From: an uncultured Fibrobacterota bacterium
GTDB taxonomy: Bacteria; Fibrobacterota; Chitinivibrionia; Chitinivibrionales; FEN-1185
Length of the DNA: 64,000 nt
Assembly: GCA_963729895.1 (NCBI GenBank)
Contig: CAVSQB010000027.1
Coordinates: 40,761 to 104,760 of the forward strand
Direction of reading: 5' to 3'
The notes below the pieces were generated by a model. The model did no database searches, was not told the DNA's origin, and saw nothing but the letters and a program-made list of their open reading frames with translations. Both the position numbers and the translations under genes were made by a program. Each line of letters starts with the position of its first letter. The first letter of the stretch is position 1. Shown one piece after another: positions 1 through 10,042 of this stretch.

Positions 1-2264
1 AATTCTGCCCATGGAAAGGCCAATTCGCGTTTCAGTCCCAGACCCCGGCTGGCCAGGTTGATTATGTTCAGCAACCGAATTGGAAATTTTCGCTCTACAC
101 CAAAAGCGGTTCGACGGTCGCGACTCAGGCTACTTTGATCGCGGCACAGCGCATGTATGGTGGTACTAGCCGTTATGACGATGACGCCATCTTCCCTGTC
201 GAATATGCAAATTTTGGTCAGACAAACAACGTGTCGGTAACGCTTACCGCATGCGCACCATTTAACCTTTCAGACCAGTATACAATGACATGGCCCGTTG
301 TGTTGTATCACATGACGTTGCGCAACATGAAAAACGACTCGGTTGATGCGGCCTGCGCATTCCAGATTTCCACCGGCAACACGCCCACGCTCGTTTCCGG
401 AAAAGGCTTTACCGCAGAGGGCGGGTCGCCGTCAATGGCGGTGTTTGTTAAAAGCAGTGATCCCGCGGCTGTCGTTACCGTTGGAAACGACGGCGGCTTT
501 CTCACATCCGGCGCGCTTAACAATACACTGTCCGGTACGACCAACATGGTCGCGTCGAAAGTCAAGCTTGGCCCCGGCGACCAAAAGGAAATCGAATTTG
601 TCCTTTCGTGGTACCAGTCCAACGATCCGACCGGTTACTATTACGAAAATCTGGGTACAAGTGCGCAAGCCTTTGCCCAGAACGGTCTTGACAGTTTCGC
701 CGTCATGGAATCGAACGCTACGCAATTCGTGCAGCGCTTCCGCGCATCCAATGTTCCCGACTGGATCGTGAACACCACGCTGGATCAGACTACCTGGACG
801 AACAGCAGCATCTATACAAAAGACGGCCGCTATAGCGAATGGGAAGGCGTGTACACATGGTTCGGCCAGATGGACCAGGGGTGGCATGCTTTCGGTTCCG
901 AGATATGGCGCATCAGCGGCCCGATGTTTTCCTGGCCCAAGGCTGCCGAAATGGAATTCTGGGGAAGCACCGAGATGGTTGGCGGCGACAACGACGGACA
1001 GATTTCCCACGATTTTACCGGGACCCCGACCGACCACAAAACCGTTGAGTGGGGTAATCCCGGCTATCATGGCTGGGGTGGTCCCAATTGGGTGGACCTC
1101 GATTGCGGATTCCTCTTCGGCGTTTACGAATCGTTTGTCGCAACCGGTAACAAGACGCGTATGGACGCCTACTGGTCGTATTTTCAGCGAACCGCGCAAC
1201 GGCTGTACAGAATGGCCACCGTCGACTTCGGTAACACAACGTATCCCTTTACCGTTTCGAATACCGGGGCAACCTACGACAAGGGTCCGATGAACCACGA
1301 TCTTTACAACTCCGGACTAGCCCTTACGGCGTTCAAGATCATTGCCGAAATGGCCGGAGTTTACGGCGACGTCGGGATGCAGGACAGCTTTACAACCGCA
1401 TACAACACCGGTATCGCCTCCTTTAGAGCGCGGTTCCTGGCCAATCCGTCGATGGGCACAAACGAGGAGCCGACGTTTGCCGGGCTGGCAATGTCTTTGT
1501 ACTTTCATAAAGACCAGATGTTTGCCGACGCCGATATCAACAATACTATATCGTACTTGGACGGATTCTTTAATCCACTCTCCAATGGCATGGCGGCTGC
1601 GTCCAACGACGGTGAAAATGAAGGATGGGTTCCGTACCTATTGGGTCACCTTGGCCTCGCATACTTGAACACCAACCATGTTAACGAATGGCGGGCGTTT
1701 CAAAAGGATTTTTACAACAGGTATTTCGAAAACCGTAGCAGGGTTTTCAACGGCAATATTTACCTGTGTTACGAAGGACTCGGCAACAATTACGCTTCCG
1801 GCGATTGGAGCGGCAACACTTTTTACGTAAGCTTGCCGGTAGTATGGCGGAGTTACTATTCCCTTATCGGTTTCTGGTTCAATGCATACACAAACGAATT
1901 GTATGTGGAGCCTAAACTTCCGTCCACGACCGACAAGTGGGACGTGTCGATGAATCACGTGCTCAAAAACGCATTTTTCTGCACGCCCGCAAATGGCGGA
2001 AATTACGGCACCATTTCCTACACTGAAAGCGGGACCACGTACGAGAAACAGAACATAACGGTTCGTTTCGATAAACCGCAAAAGGTCTCGGCAATTTACA
2101 TTTCGGATAGATTCCCGGCTGGTTCGACCACGATTGGCGTTACGGTCAACGGGGCAGCCGCGACGTTTACCCGCGTCGGAAGCGGTTCGTTCGATCATCG
2201 CGTCAAGATAAACTGGTCCGGCACGGTTGATTCAACCGGCGTTCTTATCGGTGCCAGCGACTAG
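1..2264 (+). CDS. GH116-like (alpha/alpha)6 glycoside hydrolase, 5' end outside window
   Basis: Frame of ORF 135..2264 stays open back to base 3 (FCPWKGQFAF...). GRYSEWEG, GQISHDF and WVDLDCGF segments plus an N-terminal beta domain resemble non-lysosomal glucosylceramidase-type enzymes. Confidence 0.6.
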   Translation, partial: FCPWKGQFAFQSQTPAGQVDYVQQPNWKFSLYTKSGSTVATQATLIAAQRMYGGTSRYDDDAIFPVEYANFGQTNNVSVTLTACAPFNLSDQYTMTWPVVLYHMTLRNMKNDSVDAACAFQISTGNTPTLVSGKGFTAEGGSPSMAVFVKSSDPAAVVTVGNDGGFLTSGALNNTLSGTTNMVASKVKLGPGDQKEIEFVLSWYQSNDPTGYYYENLGTSAQAFAQNGLDSFAVMESNATQFVQRFRASNVPDWIVNTTLDQTTWTNSSIYTKDGRYSEWEGVYTWFGQMDQGWHAFGSEIWRISGPMFSWPKAAEMEFWGSTEMVGGDNDGQISHDFTGTPTDHKTVEWGNPGYHGWGGPNWVDLDCGFLFGVYESFVATGNKTRMDAYWSYFQRTAQRLYRMATVDFGNTTYPFTVSNTGATYDKGPMNHDLYNSGLALTAFKIIAEMAGVYGDVGMQDSFTTAYNTGIASFRARFLANPSMGTNEEPTFAGLAMSLYFHKDQMFADADINNTISYLDGFFNPLSNGMAAASNDGENEGWVPYLLGHLGLAYLNTNHVNEWRAFQKDFYNRYFENRSRVFNGNIYLCYEGLGNNYASGDWSGNTFYVSLPVVWRSYYSLIGFWFNAYTNELYVEPKLPSTTDKWDVSMNHVLKNAFFCTPANGGNYGTISYTESGTTYEKQNITVRFDKPQKVSAIYISDRFPAGSTTIGVTVNGAAATFTRVGSGSFDHRVKINWSGTVDSTGVLIGASD

Positions 2265-2408
2265 GGATTCAACCTTTTTCCGTGACGGTTCTATAGGTGG
2301 TGATGGATGTACGGGCCGGTGTACGGGCGCTCATGTGAGCGCCCCTTTTCATTACCTGCTGACTTCCATATCCATGAGTGTCCTCATTTTTAAAAGAGCG
2401 ATATTTTT

Positions 2409-3698
2409 ATGGACAGGATGCGCGACAAAACCTATGCAGGGCTGACGCAGGTTGCGGTTGCCTCATACGTTGTTTTCATTTATCTCTTTTTCGCTGTTTT
2501 CAACAAGTTTCATCTCATCTACCAGGAACAAGCCCAATTATTTCTTTTCGATTGGAACTACTTCTTCGGTTTTCTTGCCAAGCCGGGCGGGTTGATTTCC
2601 TATTTCGGCGCGTTCTGCACCCAGTTTTTCGCTGTATCATGGCTGGCCGCGCTTCTCGTCACCGGCGCGGTGCTGGCGATTTACGCTCTTGTCAAATTAG
2701 TCGTTAGGAGCATCGGGCTGCATTCCGCTGTATGGGCCTTGGTTCCGGCCGTGCTTATCGTTGCATTGCAAAGCAGCGCGACCTATCCGCTCGGCAATAC
2801 GCTGGGATTTCTAATCGCGCTCGCCTTCATAGCGGCATATATGCGCATCAAACCGATAAAAATACGGGTTGGATTCGGTATCGTCGGATTGGTCCTGCTC
2901 CATTTCGCGTGCGGTGGTTATTCGCTGGTTTCTGCTTCGGCATGTTTCATGCACGAACTCCTGTTTCGGCGAAGTAAATTCCGCTTTGTCATTGCGGGGG
3001 CGTATGCGGTTCTGGCCGCGTGCGTTCCGTATTTCGCGGGGCGGAATTTCTATGCTGTTGGTTTTGCCGGCTCCTGGACAAACCCCATTCCTTCGGTCCT
3101 ACCTGTTCCATTGGGATTTGAATTGTTTTTCGCACTTGCCTATGTCCCGTTTCTTATGGCGGTAGCGGCGATCCGCGAGGCATTTCCGGCAAAAGTGAAA
3201 GTACCGGCGCATTCCGGAACCGGGAAAAATGGAATACTAAAGGCGATTTTATCTGCGGTGATACTTGTCGGCTTGCCGGCAGCCGCCTATGATTACAAAT
3301 CCGAGTGTATTCTCGGAATGGATCATTATGCCCAAACCAAAAAATGGGACCGCGTATTGACATTTGCGAAATTATATCCAGGTGTCAACCGTCTGGTGAC
3401 CTATTACGCTAATCTGGCATTATCCAAGACCGGACGGCTTGGCGATGAGATGTTTGCGTATCCCCAGAATGGAACCGCGGGCCTGTTTCTCCCGTGCGAT
3501 GCGGTTCCCCAAAACCTTTTTTTCGGGGGAGATCTTCCCTATCACCTGAGCTTTGTCAGCGCGGCATACCGTTTCGCGTTCGAATCGATGGTGGTAAACG
3601 GTCCAACTCCGCGCTCGCTCAAAAGGCTGACGATCACCTGTCTCATAAACGGCGATTACCCCCAGGCTCAAAAATATCTGGCTGTGTTGAGCCTGTAG
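2409..3698 (+). pseudogene. DUF6057-like polytopic membrane protein, truncated at its 3' end by IS1182
   Basis: YQEQAQLFLF, PGG..Y...F.TQFF and YYANLAL...GRL.DEMF.YPQ motifs. The stop codon lies inside the IS terminal repeat and no plausible continuation follows the IS. Confidence 0.7.
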
Positions 3699-5454
3699 AA
3701 AAACCTGGATTTGCCGCCGTCTCTTGGTTTGTTGAAAAACTAGGTTGTACCAGTCCGCAAAATCAAGATGATTTAAAACGAAACAATGAAACAGGTTGAA
3801 AATGAAGTCGAATCAGCTTTTTTCATCCACACGGACTATTCTCCCAGGTTAAACCGCCCACTGAGGGGCGTAATTGCATATCTTCTCGATATTATGCACA
3901 AGACAATATAACAGCCACTGTATATTCACTTTGCGCTTTGTCCTGAGAGTAAATCGGTCCATTCGTTTCGCCCCACGGATGTTTCCAAATACCGGCTCAA
4001 TGATTGCCATCCGCTTGCTGTAAATCTCCCTTCCATCCGGCGTATCGATCTTGGACGCCATTTCCTTGACCAGGTACTGGTACGGGTCTTTATTTATATT
4101 GATTGACTTGCTCTTCGAACGCTCGTTTCTCATGCACCTGGCTTTCAGGCCACACACGCCGCAGTCACGGCGTGAAGCCTTGTACGCATAATAGTTCAAT
4201 CCCAGAATCTGCATAAGATTTTTGTTGGTATGCAGCTTTTTCCCCGCTGGACAAATGTAGCATCCGCTTCTCTTGTCATAATGGAAGTCGGAAGTCTCAA
4301 AAAACTTCTCTCGCGGTATGTCATTCCCCTTGTGTCGAAACGCCGTCGAAAACCGCGGGTCTCGTTTTCTAAAATTGTTGTCCGGGATATATCCATCCGC
4401 CCGTTCATTATGGAGCACCTTCAGGTTTTCGATGCTATGAAAATTGGAATCGGCGGTGATGACAGCACCCTCAAGCACGTCTGGACCTAACCCCGCTTCT
4501 TTCAAGTTCGTCTTTAAACCTTGCATGACAGGCGCAAGCGTGTCTCCTTCCTGACCTTCACCGAACGCTTCCGTGTGAACGACAATCTGATGCTTCGCGT
4601 CAACCGCGGCCACACCAGTATACCCTTGGATAACACCATGCGACGTCTTCATCTTCGCGCTTTCATTGTCCGTAATATTGCTCTGCCGCACCCTGCGGCG
4701 TTTGCCCGGCTTGTCCTCGTTCTCCGAGAGCCACTTTTCAAGCTTGTCAATCTTCGCCTGCGCCGCTTTGAGACGGTCGTCAAAGTTTCTGTCCTCGTCT
4801 TCGCTTATCTCACCACGCTTGTCCTTCTCTATGTGACGCTTTACCATGTAATCGAGCGCTTTTATCAGTTTCTCCCGCTTTTTTCCTAAATCCTCCTTAG
4901 TCCCGCTCCACTCCTTGGATGCGTTCGACGAAATCTTGCACCCGTCTATGGCAAACATGCTGCCCTCGATTAGATCCAATTCCAAACAGACAAGCACGAC
5001 CTGACGGAACAATGGCAGGATTTCCTCCTGCATGCTCGATACGAAATCCGCTATCGTGGTAAAATGGGGGTGACTATCCGCCGAAAGCGCCATGAACACC
5101 ACGTTCTCGTCACAAAGCTGTGCAATTTTCCGGGAGGATACGACCCCTTTGGAATAGGCATACAGAACAATTTTAAGGAGAATGGCGGGGTCGAATGCCG
5201 GTGCGCCGTTGTCGTCGTTCTTAAAACGGCGATGAAACAAAGTAAGATCAAGGGTATTTACGGTCTTGCTGATGGTATACTCAAACGTTCCGGGAAGAAT
5301 CTGGCGATCAAAGGAGAGGGGGATCATCTTGGTCTGTTCGTAGGAGTACGGCTTGAAACGAGGCATCAGGCTCCTTTCGCTTATATTTACATATGGTAAT
5401 ATAAGGAAAAAGATGCCGGTCCGCTTAGAAAAGATGGGGTTTTCCTACAGCCTC
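3689..5454 (-). mobile_element. IS1182-family insertion sequence
   Basis: Imperfect terminal inverted repeats GAGCCTGTAGAAAAACC (3689) and GGTTTTCCTACAGCCTC (ends 5454). A possible 3-bp GTT duplication flanks it. Confidence 0.85.
3849..5366 (-). CDS. IS1182-family transposase
   Basis: GAPAFDP..LLK..LYAY..GVVSSRKI, P.FTTIADF, AIDGCKI, TDNES..MK, CPAGK and R...IEPVFGNI motifs. Confidence 0.93.
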   Translation of the reverse strand: MPRFKPYSYEQTKMIPLSFDRQILPGTFEYTISKTVNTLDLTLFHRRFKNDDNGAPAFDPAILLKIVLYAYSKGVVSSRKIAQLCDENVVFMALSADSHPHFTTIADFVSSMQEEILPLFRQVVLVCLELDLIEGSMFAIDGCKISSNASKEWSGTKEDLGKKREKLIKALDYMVKRHIEKDKRGEISEDEDRNFDDRLKAAQAKIDKLEKWLSENEDKPGKRRRVRQSNITDNESAKMKTSHGVIQGYTGVAAVDAKHQIVVHTEAFGEGQEGDTLAPVMQGLKTNLKEAGLGPDVLEGAVITADSNFHSIENLKVLHNERADGYIPDNNFRKRDPRFSTAFRHKGNDIPREKFFETSDFHYDKRSGCYICPAGKKLHTNKNLMQILGLNYYAYKASRRDCGVCGLKARCMRNERSKSKSININKDPYQYLVKEMASKIDTPDGREIYSKRMAIIEPVFGNIRGAKRMDRFTLRTKRKVNIQWLLYCLVHNIEKICNYAPQWAV

Positions 5455-5679
5455 GTTGGCTGTATGTACCACGGCTGAATTCTTTACGGGCGCTTATTTA
5501 TTTCTAATTGAAGTTGTCCATTCGGGCATTGACACCTCAATTTCCGGTTTGCTTTGTGAAACGCAATATGCAAGAGTCTTTCCTTCATGCTTAATGTCTA
5601 GATGAGTCTCTGTAATTGTAAGAAATTGGCTATATTTTAAGGGGACCTCTAAAAATTGCCTAATTTGCCCAATTAATGC

Positions 5680-5708
5680 TTGACAAAGGCTATTTCGTCA
5701 ATTATTTT
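5680..5708 (+). promoter_or_regulatory. Candidate sigma70 promoter of the IS5 transposase
   Basis: TTGACA-17 nt-TATTTT about 50 nt upstream of the ATG. Confidence 0.55.
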
Positions 5709-5758
5709 AATTCCAGACAACAAACCTGCGAACCCACTACCGTCTGGAGGATATTGCG

Positions 5759-6778
5759 ATGGGACAGATAGGCCTTTTTGACCTTGAGAATCGCCTTTCC
5801 GAGCTTTCCGAAATGGGAGACCCTCTTGAAACCATCAATCGGGCCATACGTTGGAAGAGTTTTCGTCCTGTTATTGACAAGGCTTTTCGCAAGGAACGGA
5901 AGAGCAACGCCGGTCGTCCACCGTACGATTATATCCTGATGTTCAAGATTCTCGTGTTGCAGACGATGTATGGGCTTTCCGATGCGCAAACCCAGTTTCA
6001 GATTCTGGACCGATTGACGTTCAAACGGTTTCTTGAACTCACTTCCGAGGATAGCATTCCCGACGAGAAAACGGTCTGGTTGTTTCGGGAAACGCTGACA
6101 CAAGCAGGCGTTGTCAAGAAGCTGTTTGACCTGTTCGGTCGTCAGTTGAACGAAGCGGGTTACACTGCCCAGAAAGGCCAAATAATAGATGCGAGTTTTG
6201 TCGAGGTACCTCGCCAGAGAAACACGCGGGAGGAGAATAAAGAAATCAAGAACGGGGGCACGCCGCAGGAATGGGAAAAGCACCCTGAGAAACTTCGTCA
6301 GAAAGATGTTGATGCGCGATGGACGAAGAAGAACGATCAGACGTTTTTTGGCTACAAGAACCATGCGTCGGTAGACGCGAAGCATAAAATCATTCGAGAC
6401 TATGCGGCGACATCCGCAGAAGTGCACGACTCCAATATGCTTGAACCTCTCCTTAATCCTGAGAACACGAACGCGGACGTGTTTGCCGACAGCGCGTATC
6501 ATTCGGAAAAGGCGGAACAAAGGCTTGATTATCTCTGGTACAGAAGCAAAATATGTGTCAAAGGGACTCGTGGCGCACCATTGACGGAAGCACAATTGGC
6601 ACAGAACCGGAAGAAATCCAAAGTCAGATCGCGTATAGAACATGTGTTTGCTCAAATAGAAATCATGTTTCGTGGCAGGATCAGGTGTATCGGGCGGCTG
6701 AGGGCCGCGGCGAAGATAGGACTCCTGAACCTGGTTTACAACATAAAACGCTTTGCATATCTTGAGTGCCACGCCTGA
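5759..6778 (+). CDS. IS5-family transposase
   Basis: GRPPYD..LMFK.L.LQ, PDEKT.WLFRE, IIDASFV, GYKNH, ADSAY and R.RIEHVF (DDE) motifs. Confidence 0.96.
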   Translation: MGQIGLFDLENRLSELSEMGDPLETINRAIRWKSFRPVIDKAFRKERKSNAGRPPYDYILMFKILVLQTMYGLSDAQTQFQILDRLTFKRFLELTSEDSIPDEKTVWLFRETLTQAGVVKKLFDLFGRQLNEAGYTAQKGQIIDASFVEVPRQRNTREENKEIKNGGTPQEWEKHPEKLRQKDVDARWTKKNDQTFFGYKNHASVDAKHKIIRDYAATSAEVHDSNMLEPLLNPENTNADVFADSAYHSEKAEQRLDYLWYRSKICVKGTRGAPLTEAQLAQNRKKSKVRSRIEHVFAQIEIMFRGRIRCIGRLRAAAKIGLLNLVYNIKRFAYLECHA

Positions 6779-7949
6779 AAAGCGGGACAGGACCGCACAA
6801 GGCCCCCAAAGGGACCGAAAAAAGAACAGTTTTGGGCACCTATCAGACAAATAGACGCCCTGACATCGCGAAATAATACTATCTGTCAACATGATCTTGG
6901 AATCTACTATTTTACAGAATTTTTAGAGGTCCCCTTAAATATTTCGAGAACAGGAACTTTTTTGAAATGGCTGAGCATCTTGAAGCTAGGCATAGAGCAG
7001 TACGGGGATGAATACGCGTAGGCAATCTAAGTGTGTCTAGTGAAATATCGTTAGGAGATCTACTCATTTTACATCCAAGAGAACGACTATACGACGTAAA
7101 AACTGAATTCCAAGATAAAGCATCCAGTTTGGATAAGCTGAGATTTATCCTGCCGATTAGTTTCTGCAGTGTTGAAGGGCCAGCCCAAGTCATGCTTGCT
7201 AATAGTACAGTCATTTCCTCTTGCTGGTTTGTGATTAAATCGAATTGCTCCATCCACCACACCGTGTTTCCTGATTTCAAACGTGCAGCAAGCACGCGGT
7301 CACATATTGAACTATCCTTGCCAATGAGGTTAGTTGAGTTCGAACCGGCATTGCCTTTGGCTGCACCAACAGCTCGGAAAGAAAAAAACTATGTCGCGAC
7401 CACCATCCGGTTGTCCGACCGGATAGCACTGCAAATCTGCAAATTCACGGCTCAATAGTGATTGACAGAACTGCTGGAATCGTTCTGGGCCTAAATTCTC
7501 GTACTGATAATCCATATAGAAACCCTTTCGGTTAGGGTAATGAACAAAAGAAAATGCAATTGCCTATTTTGGGTTTAATTGACCTTTTCTGTTGGAAATT
7601 TCCGAAATGCGCCACTGCTTTTAAATCTTGGATTGCAGCATGTCCACTAACTACAGGTATGTTGCAACTCCACCTTCCTGCCAAAACGGCATGTATGTTG
7701 TAAGATACCTTCGTCATACCTGCCAAATCAGGTCATTATATGAAGGCCCATATGACTTGGCCGTTCACCCCGCAATCCTCCCCATCGGCCAGCACGCAAT
7801 TCCTCGCGATTTCTTTTCGCCAAGTTTCCTTGATTTTCGCCGCTTGATCTAAGTTCGACCTTAGTCCCTTATTATCCCTCCCGCCACCCAAAAAAGTCAA
7901 CGAAATCAGTTTCGTGGCGCCAAGACTGCTGCCGGCGCGGCGCCGCTCC

Positions 7950-8345
7950 ATCCACCCATTGCCGGCGATCCTCCCGGAAAATCCATTTTTCCCCTCGCCG
8001 ACTCGCGAGGTCATCAAACCGAATCTTTCCGGTCACTTCGCGAACCCGCGATCCTCGGTTTGACATCTTTCCCACTCCTCGCGGACGCGCGAAGCCCCTG
8101 ACGAACTCTTTCTGACGGTCTCGCGGAGTCGCGAGCCTGCCGATGAAACCTTTCAACCACTTCGCGGACGCGCGAACCCCCGGATGAGACATTTCCGATC
8201 ACTTCGCGGACGCGCGAACCCCCAGATGAGACATTTCCGACCACCCAGCGGATGCGCGAACCCCCGGATGATATCTTCCCAGCCATTTCGCCGGCTCGCG
8301 GAGCACCGGCAAACAACTTTCTTTGGTTTCCCGGGCTCGCGGACT
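7950..8345. repeat. Degenerate ~42-bp tandem repeat array (about 8-9 units)
   Basis: Unit ACTTCGCGGACGCGCGAACCCCCGGATGAGACATTTCCGATC at 8159 and 8201, a diverged copy at 8243, and more degenerate copies on both sides. Confidence 0.8.
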
Positions 8346-8404
8346 TAAAACAAGCTTTCATTAATGGATTCCTCAAAATTCAGTGTGTTGTGTGACTTGT
8401 CTTC

Positions 8405-8772
8405 CCGCCATCAGCGATGCCGCACGGCCGACGGATTGGCCGCTCGTGATCCAGGGAAGGTGTCATTATTCGGCTTCTTTTTGTTTTTTCCAACGCCATC
8501 TAGCCCAAAGGCGCTATCCGGGCCGGTGAATCCCGCAGTTTGCTTGTCCCTCGTAGCACCCAAAAGGGGCAGAGTGGGCGGGGTAAGGGCTTCCCATGAT
8601 TCTCGCAAAATAAACTTACCCGGGGGGTCACTCTGCATAGCAATCCACATGCATTTGTGCAGCAAAGGGGGAAACAAAAACAGTTCTAGATTATTTGCTT
8701 TTTGCGTTAGCAGGCTGGAGCGCAGCGCCGACCCGACCCGGAGTCGCGTCGAGAGGAAGGGAAACGCCCGAC
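8405..8772. repeat. Fragments of the modular intergenic repeat family
   Basis: GCCATCAGCG...GGCCGCTCG (8407), right-arm variant GATTCTCGCAAAATAAACTTAC...GGGGTCAC (about 8598) and reversed core start GGGAAACGCCC (about 8759). Confidence 0.6.
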
Positions 8773-8847
8773 TTTAATTCATTATCACATTATTACAGCA
8801 TAACAGCGCCCCCTGTTGGAAGCGCTGTAATGAGGTTTCCGAAGCGA

Positions 8848-9216
8848 CTATTTAGCGGCCGGAGCCGGGGTCTCGGGTTTTTCCTGAGGCGCCGTTCCCG
8901 CCGGGCAGTTCTTATCACCGCGCATTTGCATACCGTTCATCCAAGGTCTCTGAAAATGTCCCATGAAACCGGGATGCCCCCGGAACTGGGTCCGATCCAT
9001 CATGCAGCACGCTGCCTGAAAGTTACCTCTATGGAAATGCCTGGCCGCAACAGGAGATACGAGCGTGAGTCCTGCTATGACAAACAGGATTATGGCCAAT
9101 ATCCTTCCAAAGGAAGCCACTCCCTTGGGCGTTGCCGGCTGCGTGGAACTCCACAGAGCAAAATAACCGAAACCCACCAACAAAGACGCTGCAACTAAAG
9201 CAAAGATAAGATGCAT
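8848..9216 (-). CDS. Small two-TM membrane protein
   Basis: Two hydrophobic helices and a Met/His/Pro-rich tail. Followed by a hairpin (ATTACAGC...GCTGTAAT, about 8792-8831). Confidence 0.65.
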   Translation of the reverse strand: MHLIFALVAASLLVGFGYFALWSSTQPATPKGVASFGRILAIILFVIAGLTLVSPVAARHFHRGNFQAACCMMDRTQFRGHPGFMGHFQRPWMNGMQMRGDKNCPAGTAPQEKPETPAPAAK

Positions 9217-9449
9217 ACCATCACCACCCTTTCACGATCCATGTTTAATTCGGCGGTCTACGCCGCCTGTTGGAATCTCTTTTACCCTTTTACGCCCTGA
9301 TCCTCCCCGGGTTCACATAATTCGACAAAGGTTTGGGCCTGAGTGTTACAGGTATTCGAGAAATAGTTGCATGTGTTGGGTCTCTATCTTTTGCCCCACG
9401 GGATGAGCGTGTCCGGATCGATATCCTTGTTTCAAATAACGTGTGCGAA

Positions 9450-10042
9450 AATCTCAAGATAACATTTTTGTGTGCTTGGCGTGTGCAGCATATCAGAACG
9501 ATTTTTGGGATTGCTGAGCCGGTGCGGCACTATACAAGTAATATCTTGGATTGCTGAGCGGGTGCAGCGTGGATGTGCCCGTGGCAATATCGAAACAAAG
9601 ATATGGGCGCCTCGTTGCTATGCAGCGGCGGCCCTCCTTCCGCGCCACCCCTTCGGGTGCTTCCAAGGGTCGTCGGCCGTTCGGCCTCGGTACCGCCTGT
9701 CCCTATGCCGCTGTGTCTCGATACGCCGCTCCCCGAGCGTCCCGCAGGGATGTATCGAGGGGAGCGGCACTCGACAATCAGCGGCGGGGTCAGGCGGCAC
9801 TGCGCTCTGCGCACGTTTCAGTCCGGCCTGGCGCGGAGCAGAAGAACAATTCCACAATTGTCAACTTCACCTATGAGACAATGCATCCAAAGCGAATCAA
9901 ACGCTCACCTGTACAGCGGCACCTCGTGGGTGCCCCACAACGCAAGATTGGATTCTCGCCGCAACACCCACCATGGGGTCACCCGGCACTGCCATCCAAA
10001 TGCATTTATCTATTAACTTCTCCCGGCTCAGCCCTCCACATG
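9450..10042. repeat. Modular intergenic element L1 (left arm, core in +, right arm)
   Basis: TGCTGAGCCGGTGCGGC-type repeats at 9473, 9512 and 9552. Palindromic core from TGGGCGCC (9604). Right arm GGGTGCCCCA...TGGGGTCACCCGGC and CCGGCTCAGCC. Confidence 0.85.

Larger units (their letters stand above)
5641..6934 (+). mobile_element. IS5-family element, copy 1 (1294 bp)
   Basis: Perfect 17-bp inverted repeats GGGGACCTCTAAAAATT, with TTAA on both sides (5637-5640, 6935-6938). Confidence 0.97.
5494..7515 (-). pseudogene. Decayed AT-rich gene with restriction-endonuclease-like N-terminus, frameshifted and interrupted by IS5
   Basis: MDYQYENLGPERFQQFCQSLL...PVGQPDGGRD start. Frameshift near the A7 run at 7382-7388. 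Removing the IS5 and one TTAA restores an open frame (FSKYLKYSQF...SIRNK*) ending at 5494. Confidence 0.6.

Noticed and set aside
5455..5500. attC site after the AT-rich gene (GCCAAC on the minus strand)
   Set aside because: Only a half-site next to the IS end, with no paired L/R boxes or integrase.
5702..6892. 396-aa ORF (and its twin at 43784..44974)
   Set aside because: Antisense shadow of the IS5 transposase with no recognisable motifs.
7950..8345. CRISPR array or real repeat protein (8014..8376)
   Set aside because: Units are contiguous without unique spacers, and the frame breaks within the array.
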